From: Vulcanimicrobiota bacterium
Lineage (GTDB): Bacteria; Vulcanimicrobiota; Xenobia; Xenobiales; JADMJV01
Reading direction: 5' to 3'
NCBI GenBank assembly: GCA_050250895.1
Contig: JBFWNU010000006.1
Location: 443,720-507,719 of the forward strand
Length of the DNA: 64,000 nt
Shown here: positions 9,873 to 19,009 of the stretch, piece by piece
Numbering within the stretch: position 1 is the stretch's first letter
How the letters are laid out: each line of letters opens with the position of its first letter
The notes under the pieces: generated by a model
What the model was told of the DNA's origin: nothing
The model's database searches: none
The model's input: only the letters and a program-made list of their open reading frames with translations
Program-made: the position numbers and the translations under genes

Positions 9873-10929
9873 AGGTGTTCTCTCCTTGATTTAGTTCGGT
9901 CAAATAAACAAACTGAAGGCCGCGCGCTCTCGCTTCGGGAATCCATTGCTCGAGGGCGGCCAGGGTGTTGGCCCGAGGATGGCCGATGGCGATGGCGCTG
10001 CCATGGGTCTCGGCGACCTTCTCGGCCTGGGCGAGTTGAGCCAGAATCGGCTCGACCGCATCCTGGTTGTCAAGAAAGATGTCGCGTTGGAGCAGTTGCA
10101 CGCCGGCCGCTGGAGCGAGCCTGGGGGCCACGCTGGCCCCGGTGGTGCGGCTGTCGAGATAGAAGATTTGTCGACGTTTGGCTTCGGCCAGGACCAGCCT
10201 CATGACGGCTTCGTTGGCGCTGGCCTTGGAGCCCTGGTGATTGTTGACTCCGACGATGCCAGGCACGGCGTCAAAGTCAGAGCGAATCTGGGTCTCGAGT
10301 TCCTGGGGGGTCATGCTGGTCTTGAGGGTGCCTGGACCAGGGTCACTCGCGCCTTCGGCCTCCATCGGCAGATGGAGGATGACGCATTTGCCCGAGGCCG
10401 CGGCTCGCTGGGCTACCTCGTGAGCGTAGGGCACGTGGGGCAGCACCGCCAGACTGATCGGGGTGTCGAGGGCGATGAATCCCTCGTTGGGAGAGTTGCC
10501 GCAGTCATCGATGACGATGGCCAATCGACCTTTGACCGGGACCTCAGCCAGGGGAGTGGGCTTGGGGTCGGGCAGGGGCGGACTGGCGACGGTCGCCGGG
10601 GTGGGAGTCGGTCGAGGCCGTTCGGCCGGTTTGGGAGGTGGGGTCTGGGGCGCAGGGGGAGCGGGGCGCACCTCGGGTTGGTTGGCTTCTGGCTCGAGAG
10701 GAACGGGTGGGGGAGGCGGCTCGACGCTCGCCGGGGCCGACGGATGGGACGCCGTGGGTTGAAGATAGGCCTGCCAACGCTCGAGCGTTGGTCCGGCCTT
10801 GAGGGTCAGATAAGAGCCGGCGGCAGCCCCGAACAGGGCGGTGGCGATAAAGCCGGCTGCCAATTTGGAGCGGCCCTGAGTGCCAGCCGCCTTCTTCTTC
10901 CTGGGTGCTTTGGCCAAGTTTCCTCCCAC
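9856..10929 (-). CDS. Divergent polysaccharide deacetylase family protein
   Basis: TM anchor and Pro-rich linker; IVIDDCG, LHLPME, NNHQGS, LDSRT, RDIFLD, AIGHP. Confidence 0.9.
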   Translation of the reverse strand: MGGNLAKAPRKKKAAGTQGRSKLAAGFIATALFGAAAGSYLTLKAGPTLERWQAYLQPTASHPSAPASVEPPPPPVPLEPEANQPEVRPAPPAPQTPPPKPAERPRPTPTPATVASPPLPDPKPTPLAEVPVKGRLAIVIDDCGNSPNEGFIALDTPISLAVLPHVPYAHEVAQRAAASGKCVILHLPMEAEGASDPGPGTLKTSMTPQELETQIRSDFDAVPGIVGVNNHQGSKASANEAVMRLVLAEAKRRQIFYLDSRTTGASVAPRLAPAAGVQLLQRDIFLDNQDAVEPILAQLAQAEKVAETHGSAIAIGHPRANTLAALEQWIPEARARGLQFVYLTELNQGENTYAQAR

Positions 10930-11098
10930 ATGCTCGCGTCGAACAAACGCGACTTGAATGGTTTCCCTGCCATAGATTTAATTTCCTTCAACACCCGATA
11001 ACTTCTGCCTTTTAGACCTGTCTTTCGCACGTTTGTTCTGGTCTGGAACTGTTCGATTCTGCAGGTATCGCTGCGGCGGGGACAAACTGCTTGAAGGT

Positions 11099-12295
11099 AT
11101 GCGCCTGGGACCTGAGAGCTTTCGGTTCGAATGGGACTTCCCCGATGGTCGCCGGGCCCTGATGCGGCGGGCGGGCTGGGATGATGTCGACGCTTTGCGC
11201 GCTCTCTACTTCACCACCTACGGAGACCGCTACGGCTTACCCGAGGTGGTCGACGACGAGCGCTGCCGCCATGTGTTGACCAGTTCGGATTGGTTCTGGC
11301 TGTTGACCGAGTGCGAGGGTCGGGTCATCGCTTCGCTCATCTTCGGGCTAGAAAGTCGTCATCGCCTGGGCAAGACCTTCGGGGGGGTGGTCGAGGCCGA
11401 GTTTCGCGGCCACAAGATCATGCAGGTCATGCTGCGCGAAGGTTTGGGGCTCCTACTGTGTGAGGGAGGGCCTTTCGACCTCGTCTATGCCGTAGTCCGA
11501 ACTTTCGTGTCGCTGAATTTCCATCTCGACTTGTCCGAATTGGGCTTCGTAGACGTCGGCATCTTTCCCAACGTGCGCAAGGTGCAGCACTACGAGACCC
11601 ACGGGCTCAAAGTTTGCCTGGGCGAAGTGGCCAAGCGCGATCGGCGTCGGACGCCGGAGTTGATTCCGGAACTGGTCACCCTCTACGACATCACCCGCAA
11701 GCGCCTTGGCTTCGAGCCGGCCCGGCGGGTCACGGTCAAGCGAGACCCGCCGCCCCTCGAACGCGTCGAATTAGTCGAGCGCGCCGAAGTAGGCAAAGGG
11801 GTGGACACCAGCCGAGTCCGCTTTCTGTGGAAGACCTCGCGAGACCTCGAGTTCTCCTTCTTTCCGTTACATCTGCCCAACCTGATCTTGACCGATCCCA
11901 GCGGAGTAGTGAGGGTCTTTCTCTGCCTCCAAGAACGCGACGGTCACGCCAGCATTCTGGGCATTCGATTCGGTGGTTATGACCGGGCCGAAGTGCTGCT
12001 CTCGGTGGCCGACTACTGTCAGGAACGGGGCGCCACCTATCTCGAATTGCTGGTGTCGGCTTACTCCCCCGAAGACCAGGCCCTGGCCTATCGAGCCGGC
12101 TTTTTGCCGTGCGCCTATTTCCCGGCCGCTGAAGTCGACCGCCAGGGACGCCGGGCGGATGTGGTCATCACCTCGAAGACCTTTGTTCCGCTCCATTTTC
12201 GCGGACTCAAGCTGCCCGAGCAGACCAAGCCCTACCTGCTCGAATTCTACAAGACCTACACGGCCCATCTGTGGGAGGAATTGATGGATGCCTGA
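11099..12295 (+). CDS. GNAT-fold protein (probably tandem GNAT)
   Basis: RRAGWDDVDALRALY start of fold, VEAEFRGHKIM motif A-like, AGFLPCAYFP; overlaps luxE start. Confidence 0.65.
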   Translation: MRLGPESFRFEWDFPDGRRALMRRAGWDDVDALRALYFTTYGDRYGLPEVVDDERCRHVLTSSDWFWLLTECEGRVIASLIFGLESRHRLGKTFGGVVEAEFRGHKIMQVMLREGLGLLLCEGGPFDLVYAVVRTFVSLNFHLDLSELGFVDVGIFPNVRKVQHYETHGLKVCLGEVAKRDRRRTPELIPELVTLYDITRKRLGFEPARRVTVKRDPPPLERVELVERAEVGKGVDTSRVRFLWKTSRDLEFSFFPLHLPNLILTDPSGVVRVFLCLQERDGHASILGIRFGGYDRAEVLLSVADYCQERGATYLELLVSAYSPEDQALAYRAGFLPCAYFPAAEVDRQGRRADVVITSKTFVPLHFRGLKLPEQTKPYLLEFYKTYTAHLWEELMDA

Positions 12296-13442
12296 ACAGG
12301 CCCGCGCGGCCGAGGTGCTGCGCACCTTTCGCGGCTCGACCGACAGCCTGATCGGCAGTCGCCGTGGCCTTTTGATCCGCAGACGAGACGACCGTGCCTT
12401 TCTCAGGGCCATGCGAGAAGCTTTCGCCCACCATTACCTGGCCTGCCCCGAGTATCGCCAGGTCTGCCATCGCCAGGGTCTGTTACCCTCGAGGCTTCGG
12501 CGGTTGGAGCAACTGCCGGACATACCGTATCTGTTCGTGACGGTCCTCAAATACAACCGTCTGGTCTCGGTGCCCGACTCCAGGCTGCGCCTGGTCTTGA
12601 CTTCCAGCGGCACCAGCGGCCAAAAAAGCGCCATTTATCTTGATGGCAAGTCGCTCCAGCGCATCGAGCGCATCGTGCGCCATATCTATGGCGACCTGGG
12701 AATGGTCAACCGCCGGCGGACCAACTATCTGTGCTTCACCTACGACCCCGAAGTCGCCGGGGATCTGGGCACGGCCTTTTCCGACAAGTTGCTGACCAAC
12801 CTTACTCGGGTGGCCGAAGTCTTCTACTGTATCCGCTGGGACGGCGGCGACTGGTATGTCGACCGTCAGGGGGTGCTCGACAAGCTCGAGCGGTTCGAAG
12901 CGAGCGGCAGACCGCTGCGAGTGCTGGGCTTCCCGGCCCACGCCTGGGACGTGCTGGGCAAAATCGTCGAGGAGCGAGGCCGACCCTTTGCCTTCGGTCC
13001 GCTCAGTTATGTCATCACGGGTGGCGGGTGGAAGACCCTGGCCGGCCACGAGATCCCCAAGCCCGAGTTTCGCGCCAGGCTAGGCGAATGGCTGGGGATC
13101 CCTGCCTGTAACGTGCGCGATCTCTACGGCATGGTCGAGCACGGGGTCCCCTATTGCGAGTGCGAGTTTGGTCGCATGCATGTGCCGCGCTACTCGCGGG
13201 TGTTCGTGCGCGACCCCGAAAGCCTGAAGGTGCTCGAGTGGGGGCAGACGGGCATGCTACACTTTCTGACCCCTTATTTGCATTCGTTTCCAGCCATCTC
13301 GCTGCTCACCACCGACCTCGGCCATCTCGAGCCGGGTTGCCCCTGCGGCCGCCGTTCCCCGGTGCTGGTCCTGCAGGGTAGGGGAGGGGTAACCAAACAC
13401 AAGGGTTGCGCGATTGCAGCGCTCGAGGTGCTCAAGACCTGA
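12288..13442 (+). CDS. luxE: LuxE-family acyl-protein synthetase
   Basis: TSSGTSG P-loop, GGGWK, RDLYGMVEH, TDLG, C-terminal KGCA (acyl-accepting Cys position). Confidence 0.88.
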   Translation: MPEQARAAEVLRTFRGSTDSLIGSRRGLLIRRRDDRAFLRAMREAFAHHYLACPEYRQVCHRQGLLPSRLRRLEQLPDIPYLFVTVLKYNRLVSVPDSRLRLVLTSSGTSGQKSAIYLDGKSLQRIERIVRHIYGDLGMVNRRRTNYLCFTYDPEVAGDLGTAFSDKLLTNLTRVAEVFYCIRWDGGDWYVDRQGVLDKLERFEASGRPLRVLGFPAHAWDVLGKIVEERGRPFAFGPLSYVITGGGWKTLAGHEIPKPEFRARLGEWLGIPACNVRDLYGMVEHGVPYCECEFGRMHVPRYSRVFVRDPESLKVLEWGQTGMLHFLTPYLHSFPAISLLTTDLGHLEPGCPCGRRSPVLVLQGRGGVTKHKGCAIAALEVLKT

Positions 13443-16045
13443 TGCGCCACTATCTATTTGGCAAGGTGGTCGAGCAGACTCTCGACGCATCGGCCGTGGC
13501 CCGATTGGCGCAGGAAGCCAGCCGGCGGGTGCCCAGCGAGGTATCGGTGCGCGACATCGTCGATCTACTCGACCGAGTCGGTCGGCGCTGGCGGGATCCG
13601 GCCTATCCGGCCAGATCTTTCGTGCTCGAGCATCTGCCGGCCATGGTGGGCTTCTCTGAAGTGATGGTGGCGGCCGGCCTGGATGAATTGGCGCGATTGT
13701 TGTCGCGGCACACGCTCATGACCAAGATCCGAGTGGAACTCGGACGAATGTCGGCCCTGGATGGCTGGGTCTGGAAAGAGGGGTATGAGGGCTACGTTCG
13801 CGCCCTGCCTCTGGGCGTGGTCAGCCATGTCTCGCCGGGCAACGTCTTTCTGGGGGCGGCCGACTCGCTGGTGCACGGTCTTTTGACCAAGAATGCCAAC
13901 CTGCTCAAAGTCGCCAGCCTGGACCCCGTCTTTCCAATCCTGTTCGCCGAGAGCGTGCGCGAGGCCGATGCCGAGGGGCTGCTGGCCGAGAGTTTCTCGG
14001 TGCTAGCTTTCCCCGGGCAGGACGATGCCATCGCGGGCGCCCTCAAAGGCCACTCGGATGGTCTGGTGGTGTGGGGTGGAGCCGAGGCGATCGAAAGTTG
14101 GCGCCGGGACGTGCCCGGTCATTGTCGTTTCATACCGTACGGGCCACGGTTCTCTTTCGCTCTGGCCAGCCACAAGGCATGCGCAGGGCTTTCGGCGCAG
14201 GCCCTGGCCCTGGATGTAGTCATGTGGGAGCAACGAGCCTGCGCTTCGCCGCAAGTGTTGTTCGTGGAAGGCTCTTACTCGGATTGGCGAGATTTTCTCG
14301 AGCAGCTGGGTCAGGAACTCGAGGCCCTCTCGGTGAGCCATCCGGCCGGCGAACTCGAACTCGACCAGAAGATCGAGATCCGGCGGGAGCGCGAGTTGAC
14401 GGCCTATCGCGGGCAGGTGCTCGGGCCCGAACACGACTTCCGCTGGTCGATCCTTTGGCGCCAGTGGGAAGACCACCACGCGTCGGCCCTCAATCGCACC
14501 CTGGTAGTGGTGCCCTACCAACATTTCGAGCAGGTGTTGGAGTGGCTGGCTCCCCACCGTCACCAGTTGCAAAGTGCCGGCCTGGGAGTGACTCCCGGTC
14601 AATGGCGCCGCTATGCATTGCGCTTGTCGGCGGCGGGGGTTACCCGAGTGACGGAGTTTGGCCATATGCACCGAGCCAAACACGGCGCTCCCCACGACGG
14701 CTCGTACCAACTTGACCAGCTGGTCCGCTGGGCCACCATCGAGAAGCTACCCCGGCGCTTTGACGTGACCAAAAAGCTTCGGCCGCCGCCCCCCTCGAAG
14801 ACGCGCAAGTTGGCCGAGCTGGTGAGTTATGCTCGCGCCCATTCCGGCTATTACCACCGTCGCTTGCCCGAGGTGACCATCCAACGCGCCCGCGACATCG
14901 AGCAGTTGCCGTGCCTGGCGGCTCACGATCTCCGCGAGCACACTCCGCCCTTAAGTCAGGATCTGCTCACGGGACCTTTCGAGGGAGCCTATGTGTTCGC
15001 CAGCGGGGGGTCGACCGGCGCGCCCAAGTTTTCCTTGTTCAACTATGAGGAGTGGGAAGACGTCACGGATATTCTCTCGGCCATCTATCAGGTGGCCGGG
15101 GTCGAGCCCGGCGATACCGTGGCCAATCTTTTCATGGCCGGCAATCTGTGGACTTCTTTTCTGGCCGCCAGCGAAGCGCTCGAAAAGCTGGGCTGCGTCA
15201 CCCTGCCCATCGCCGGCAACGTAGAGGTCGACGACTTGATGGGTTACCTCGAACTCTTTCGGCCGACCGTATTGCTGGGGCTTCCCTCGCTCTTGATCCG
15301 GGTGGCCGAAGTGGCCGAGCGCAACGGCCTGGAGCTGAAGGTCCCCCGCATCCTCTATGGGGGAGAGCCGATGACTCGGGAGGCCCGTCGATACCTCGAG
15401 CGAGTGCTGGGCACCACCAGCATCATGTCGGCCGGCTACGCTTCGGTCGACGCCGGGCCCATCGGCTTTCAGACGCCAGACAATGCCGGCAGCGTCCATC
15501 ATCTGGTCTATGACTACCAATTCTTGGAATTTCTCGATCCCGAGACTCAGCTTCCGGTAGCCTCAGGCCAGGTCGGAGAGATCGTGGTCACCTGTCTGAG
15601 GCGGCGATTGATGCCGCTGATCCGTTATCGCACCGGCGACCTCGGGCGCTGGGTCGACGAAGACGGGTGGCTCTTCGAACTCAAGGGGCGCATCGGGGAC
15701 CGTCTCCGGGTGGGCACGGCCGACCTCTACCCCAGCGACGTGGCCCGCACCCTCGACGAGTTTGAAGGATTGGGGCATCTGTTTCAGTTGGTGGTATCCC
15801 AGCGAGGTCCCAAAGACCATCTCTGCTTGCTGGTCGAACACAATCAAGTCAACGAGCCACCGACCACGGTCGCCATCGAGACGGCTCTTCGAGCCCAGGT
15901 GCGCGAACTCGACGAGGCTCTCGCGGCCGGCTGGCTCGAACCCCTCGAGGTCATCATCCTCGCCCCGGGAGGCATTCCCAGAGTCGAGCGAACCGGTAAG
16001 GTGCGGGTGATCGTCGACCAGCGAGCAGGGGAGAAGGCGGTCTAG
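13442..16045 (+). CDS. LuxC-type acyl-CoA reductase fused to a PaaK-like adenylate-forming ligase domain
   Basis: N-terminal PGNV, WGGAEA, YGPRFS, EQRACASPQ (catalytic Cys), PHDG; C-terminal SGGSTGAPK, GYASVD, PLIRYRTGD, TGKVR. Confidence 0.88.
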   Translation: MRHYLFGKVVEQTLDASAVARLAQEASRRVPSEVSVRDIVDLLDRVGRRWRDPAYPARSFVLEHLPAMVGFSEVMVAAGLDELARLLSRHTLMTKIRVELGRMSALDGWVWKEGYEGYVRALPLGVVSHVSPGNVFLGAADSLVHGLLTKNANLLKVASLDPVFPILFAESVREADAEGLLAESFSVLAFPGQDDAIAGALKGHSDGLVVWGGAEAIESWRRDVPGHCRFIPYGPRFSFALASHKACAGLSAQALALDVVMWEQRACASPQVLFVEGSYSDWRDFLEQLGQELEALSVSHPAGELELDQKIEIRRERELTAYRGQVLGPEHDFRWSILWRQWEDHHASALNRTLVVVPYQHFEQVLEWLAPHRHQLQSAGLGVTPGQWRRYALRLSAAGVTRVTEFGHMHRAKHGAPHDGSYQLDQLVRWATIEKLPRRFDVTKKLRPPPPSKTRKLAELVSYARAHSGYYHRRLPEVTIQRARDIEQLPCLAAHDLREHTPPLSQDLLTGPFEGAYVFASGGSTGAPKFSLFNYEEWEDVTDILSAIYQVAGVEPGDTVANLFMAGNLWTSFLAASEALEKLGCVTLPIAGNVEVDDLMGYLELFRPTVLLGLPSLLIRVAEVAERNGLELKVPRILYGGEPMTREARRYLERVLGTTSIMSAGYASVDAGPIGFQTPDNAGSVHHLVYDYQFLEFLDPETQLPVASGQVGEIVVTCLRRRLMPLIRYRTGDLGRWVDEDGWLFELKGRIGDRLRVGTADLYPSDVARTLDEFEGLGHLFQLVVSQRGPKDHLCLLVEHNQVNEPPTTVAIETALRAQVRELDEALAAGWLEPLEVIILAPGGIPRVERTGKVRVIVDQRAGEKAV

Positions 16046-16051
16046 CCGGAA

Positions 16052-16120
16052 TTTACAAACTGTTAACAAACAAATCTTCTTTCGACCCTTAACATTCGGG
16101 CCAGCCGAGGGAAGTATAAC
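16052..16120 (+). promoter_or_regulatory. Putative promoter with 11-bp-period direct repeat
   Basis: AT-rich island: TTTACA-N5-TTAACA at 16052-16068, further TTAACA at 16089, TATAAC at 16115. Confidence 0.45.
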
Positions 16121-16168
16121 CAACAAGAAAATTCTTGAGTCTCACCAACACCCTGGAGGAATAATACA

Positions 16169-16462
16169 ATGGCGTTAATTATCGGCGGTTTGATTCTCGG
16201 CGGCGCAATGCTTGCTGGACAGCTCTGGAGCGGACACAAAAACCGTGAACTGAGCGAGAAGTTCATGAACCAGCAGAGCGGCAAGAACGAAGACTCGATG
16301 AAGCAGTTCATGGCGATGCAGCAGCAGCAACAGGCGATGTCGATGATGTTTATGCAGCGCTATATGGGGGGTCAGGGTTTTGGTCCTCAGAGCCAGTTCG
16401 GCCCTGCCGGCCCCGGCGTCTACCCTCAGAGCTTCCCGGGTCCCCAGGCCTACTACGGATAA
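16169..16462 (+). CDS. Small Met/Gln/Gly/Pro-rich protein
   Basis: GGAGGA RBS, its own promoter-like region and terminator, hydrophobic N-terminus. Confidence 0.8.
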   Translation: MALIIGGLILGGAMLAGQLWSGHKNRELSEKFMNQQSGKNEDSMKQFMAMQQQQQAMSMMFMQRYMGGQGFGPQSQFGPAGPGVYPQSFPGPQAYYG

Positions 16463-16488
16463 ACAGTTCATCCCCACGATTTGACCAG

Positions 16489-16513
16489 AAGGTCGGGCCT
16501 CGCCCGGCCTTTT
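16489..16513 (+). terminator. Intrinsic terminator
   Basis: AAGGTCGGGC-CTC-GCCCGGCCTT followed by TT. Confidence 0.7.
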
Positions 16514-16566
16514 GACGTTCCAGGGTTTATGCTGTCCTTGTTGAAAGTGCCCTGCGGAGGTTGCCA

Positions 16567-17217
16567 ATGCTCTGTATCAAGTGTGGACACGATAGCCCGG
16601 AGGGGTCGAAATACTGCGAGAAGTGCAACGCGGTGTTGCCGCAGCAGGCACCGACCGGTATTCCGGGCGCCGAGTCATCGCTTGACCTGAGCGAACTGGT
16701 AGACTACCCGGTTCCTGAAACCCACTATCGCAGCCCGGTGCTCGAGGCTCTGGCCTGGGCCGTGCAGGCGATCATCGACGGCGAGGGCGACCTCGATCCG
16801 GTCATCGAAAATTACGAGGCCTTCGTCGAGGTTTTCGAACACACTCGAGAAGAACTTCCGATGGCCAAAGAGGTTTTCTATAGTCAGCGGGGTGTGATCG
16901 AGGGCGACCCGTTTCCCACCCAGCTCAACTATTTGATCACCAAAGCCGAGGAGTTTTTCGATGCCGGTCAGGCCAAGATGGAGACCTTCTTCAATAACTT
17001 CGAGAAAGACCAGGCCGAAGCCGAAGAGCTGATCGCGGCAGTGGCTTCGCTGTTGCAATGCAACGACCAGATGTGCATGGCTATCGAGATTCTCAGCGGC
17101 CGGGTCGATGCCTTTAATGAAACCATCAAAGAGTTTCAACACATCATCAAGCTTCAAGGCGGTTCGGCCAAGGAGGAAGTTAGTGTCCCGACCCCGGTCG
17201 ATTCTACAGACCTTTAG
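16567..17217 (+). CDS. Zinc-ribbon plus acidic helical protein
   Basis: CIKC-x10-CEKC at the N-terminus; GGAGG RBS. Confidence 0.8.
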   Translation: MLCIKCGHDSPEGSKYCEKCNAVLPQQAPTGIPGAESSLDLSELVDYPVPETHYRSPVLEALAWAVQAIIDGEGDLDPVIENYEAFVEVFEHTREELPMAKEVFYSQRGVIEGDPFPTQLNYLITKAEEFFDAGQAKMETFFNNFEKDQAEAEELIAAVASLLQCNDQMCMAIEILSGRVDAFNETIKEFQHIIKLQGGSAKEEVSVPTPVDSTDL

Positions 17218-18979
17218 TCTCATCGCTGTCTTGTGGCTGTTTCTGGCAGCGCCAACCCTGGCGCTGCCTGTTACTGTCCAGTGGTTGGAGGCTCCTTCCC
17301 GGGCTCGTTTTAGCGTTTACGGCGAGGTCGTCTTCGAGTTGCTCGAGCCCACTCCTCAAGAGGCGGAACGAATCCGCAAACAGCTCGAAACGGGCAGCGA
17401 ATTCAAAGTCACCGCCTCAGGGTCCGATGCTTTGATCTGGGTGTCGGGCCAGCAGCTGGGCTCGATCAGTCCCGGCCAGGCCAATCGTTGGAATACCACC
17501 CCCTACAGCCTGGCGGCTACCTTCGTAGAACGGTTGCGAAAAGCCAGCCAGGGAGCCCCCGCCTTGCGATTCGAACCCGATGGTCTGATCGTGCCGCTAG
17601 ACGAAGGTCGCGAAGCGGTGGTGGTGGGCGCCCCCGGGCCGGCCCCGGAGGTGTCCAACTCCAATCCTGGAGCAGCTTCGGTCGAGTTCGACGGCAAACG
17701 CGTACGCCTCAAGGGTCTGGCTGCCGGTGATGGACGAGTTCGGCTCGATTGGGGCAGCCGAACCCTCGAGCTTCCCTTCAAAGTCAGACCCTGGGCCGGC
17801 CGGTTGCCCCAGACCGTGAAGCTGCGCTTGACCGGTCGGCTCGAGCCCGCCGTCTTCCGTGAAGCCCTCGAGCGCGAGTTGTTGAACGGGCTCTACCCCG
17901 GCGCCAAGCTCTCGGTAGCGGTGCCGGCCAAGCTCGAGGGGGGCAGCTTCGAGTTGGCCGCCAGCGCCGAAGGTCCAGGCTTGTTGCCGGTGTCGGGCAA
18001 GCTCAAGGTCAACCTCGACGTCCAGGAGTTCAATCTAGCCGAGGCCCAGGCGCTGGCTCTTTCTAACCGACCCGAGAAGATTCTTTCCACGGGCTGGCTT
18101 TTCGATCGGGCTTTGCCCACCGGCCCGACCCGAGTGCTGTATCACCATCGCAACGATCCCGGCGGGCCCGAGCGCTATCTCGAGTTGCTGGTCGAAAATC
18201 TCGACGCCAAGCCTAATCGTTTTCACACCGTGATGGCCTCCTACGGCCCTTCCCCCGACGAGATCCATGTGGGCCACACGGCCACTCTGAGGTTTGTCGA
18301 GAGAGTGCTCTCTGACGAAGGTCAAATGTTGAGCCTGGAGGCCGGGCAAACCCGTCTGGTGGACCGGTTGCGCATGAAGCCGGGTCAGACCGTGAGCGGC
18401 ATGGCCTATCTGACCCCCCTGGATGGGGCCAAATTGCGTTTGAAGCTCCGCGTCGTCTCCGAGACCGAGGAGTTCATCGACGACTACGCTCCCACTCCCG
18501 CCAATTCACGCACCGCTCGAGGTCTTTATGCGCCCAGTCTGAGCCAGAACTATTCTCACCTACTCGGGGGTCGCTATACTTATATCACTCTCGGGGACAC
18601 GCCCTTTCTCGAGGACCCCGAGACCGGCGAGGCCTCGCCGGGCAACTTCGGCGCGGTCTATCGCTTGCAGTTGGCCCTCTACAACCCGGCCGACGAGGTT
18701 CGCGAGGCCTGGCTCGAGTTCGTGCCAGGCGGCGGGCCGGCCCGGGGGGTGGTGCTGGTGGACAATCGATTGCTGGATGTGGCCATGGGTAACTCCCGGA
18801 CCCGCATCCCCCTGGCCCGTTGGGAGCTTGAGCCAGGCGAACGCCGCTACGTCAACATCGAGACCATCCCTCAGTCTGGCAGCAATTATCCCGTCAGGCT
18901 GGTGGTGCAATCTCAATTCGAATCGCGAGAGGATCTCGAGGTGGAGGCGCAGGCCGCGCCCCCGCCCTTGATCCCCTAG
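17183..18979 (+). CDS. Secreted hypothetical protein
   Basis: AGGAGG RBS before GTG, signal peptide ending TLA, long ORF. Confidence 0.75.
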   Translation: MSRPRSILQTFSLIAVLWLFLAAPTLALPVTVQWLEAPSRARFSVYGEVVFELLEPTPQEAERIRKQLETGSEFKVTASGSDALIWVSGQQLGSISPGQANRWNTTPYSLAATFVERLRKASQGAPALRFEPDGLIVPLDEGREAVVVGAPGPAPEVSNSNPGAASVEFDGKRVRLKGLAAGDGRVRLDWGSRTLELPFKVRPWAGRLPQTVKLRLTGRLEPAVFREALERELLNGLYPGAKLSVAVPAKLEGGSFELAASAEGPGLLPVSGKLKVNLDVQEFNLAEAQALALSNRPEKILSTGWLFDRALPTGPTRVLYHHRNDPGGPERYLELLVENLDAKPNRFHTVMASYGPSPDEIHVGHTATLRFVERVLSDEGQMLSLEAGQTRLVDRLRMKPGQTVSGMAYLTPLDGAKLRLKLRVVSETEEFIDDYAPTPANSRTARGLYAPSLSQNYSHLLGGRYTYITLGDTPFLEDPETGEASPGNFGAVYRLQLALYNPADEVREAWLEFVPGGGPARGVVLVDNRLLDVAMGNSRTRIPLARWELEPGERRYVNIETIPQSGSNYPVRLVVQSQFESREDLEVEAQAAPPPLIP

Positions 18980-19009
18980 CGGTTCAGAAGCTATGATGCT
19001 CAAGGAGCC

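Noticed and set aside
11099-16045. Bioluminescence operon
   Set aside because: No luxA, luxB, luxD or luxG in the window.
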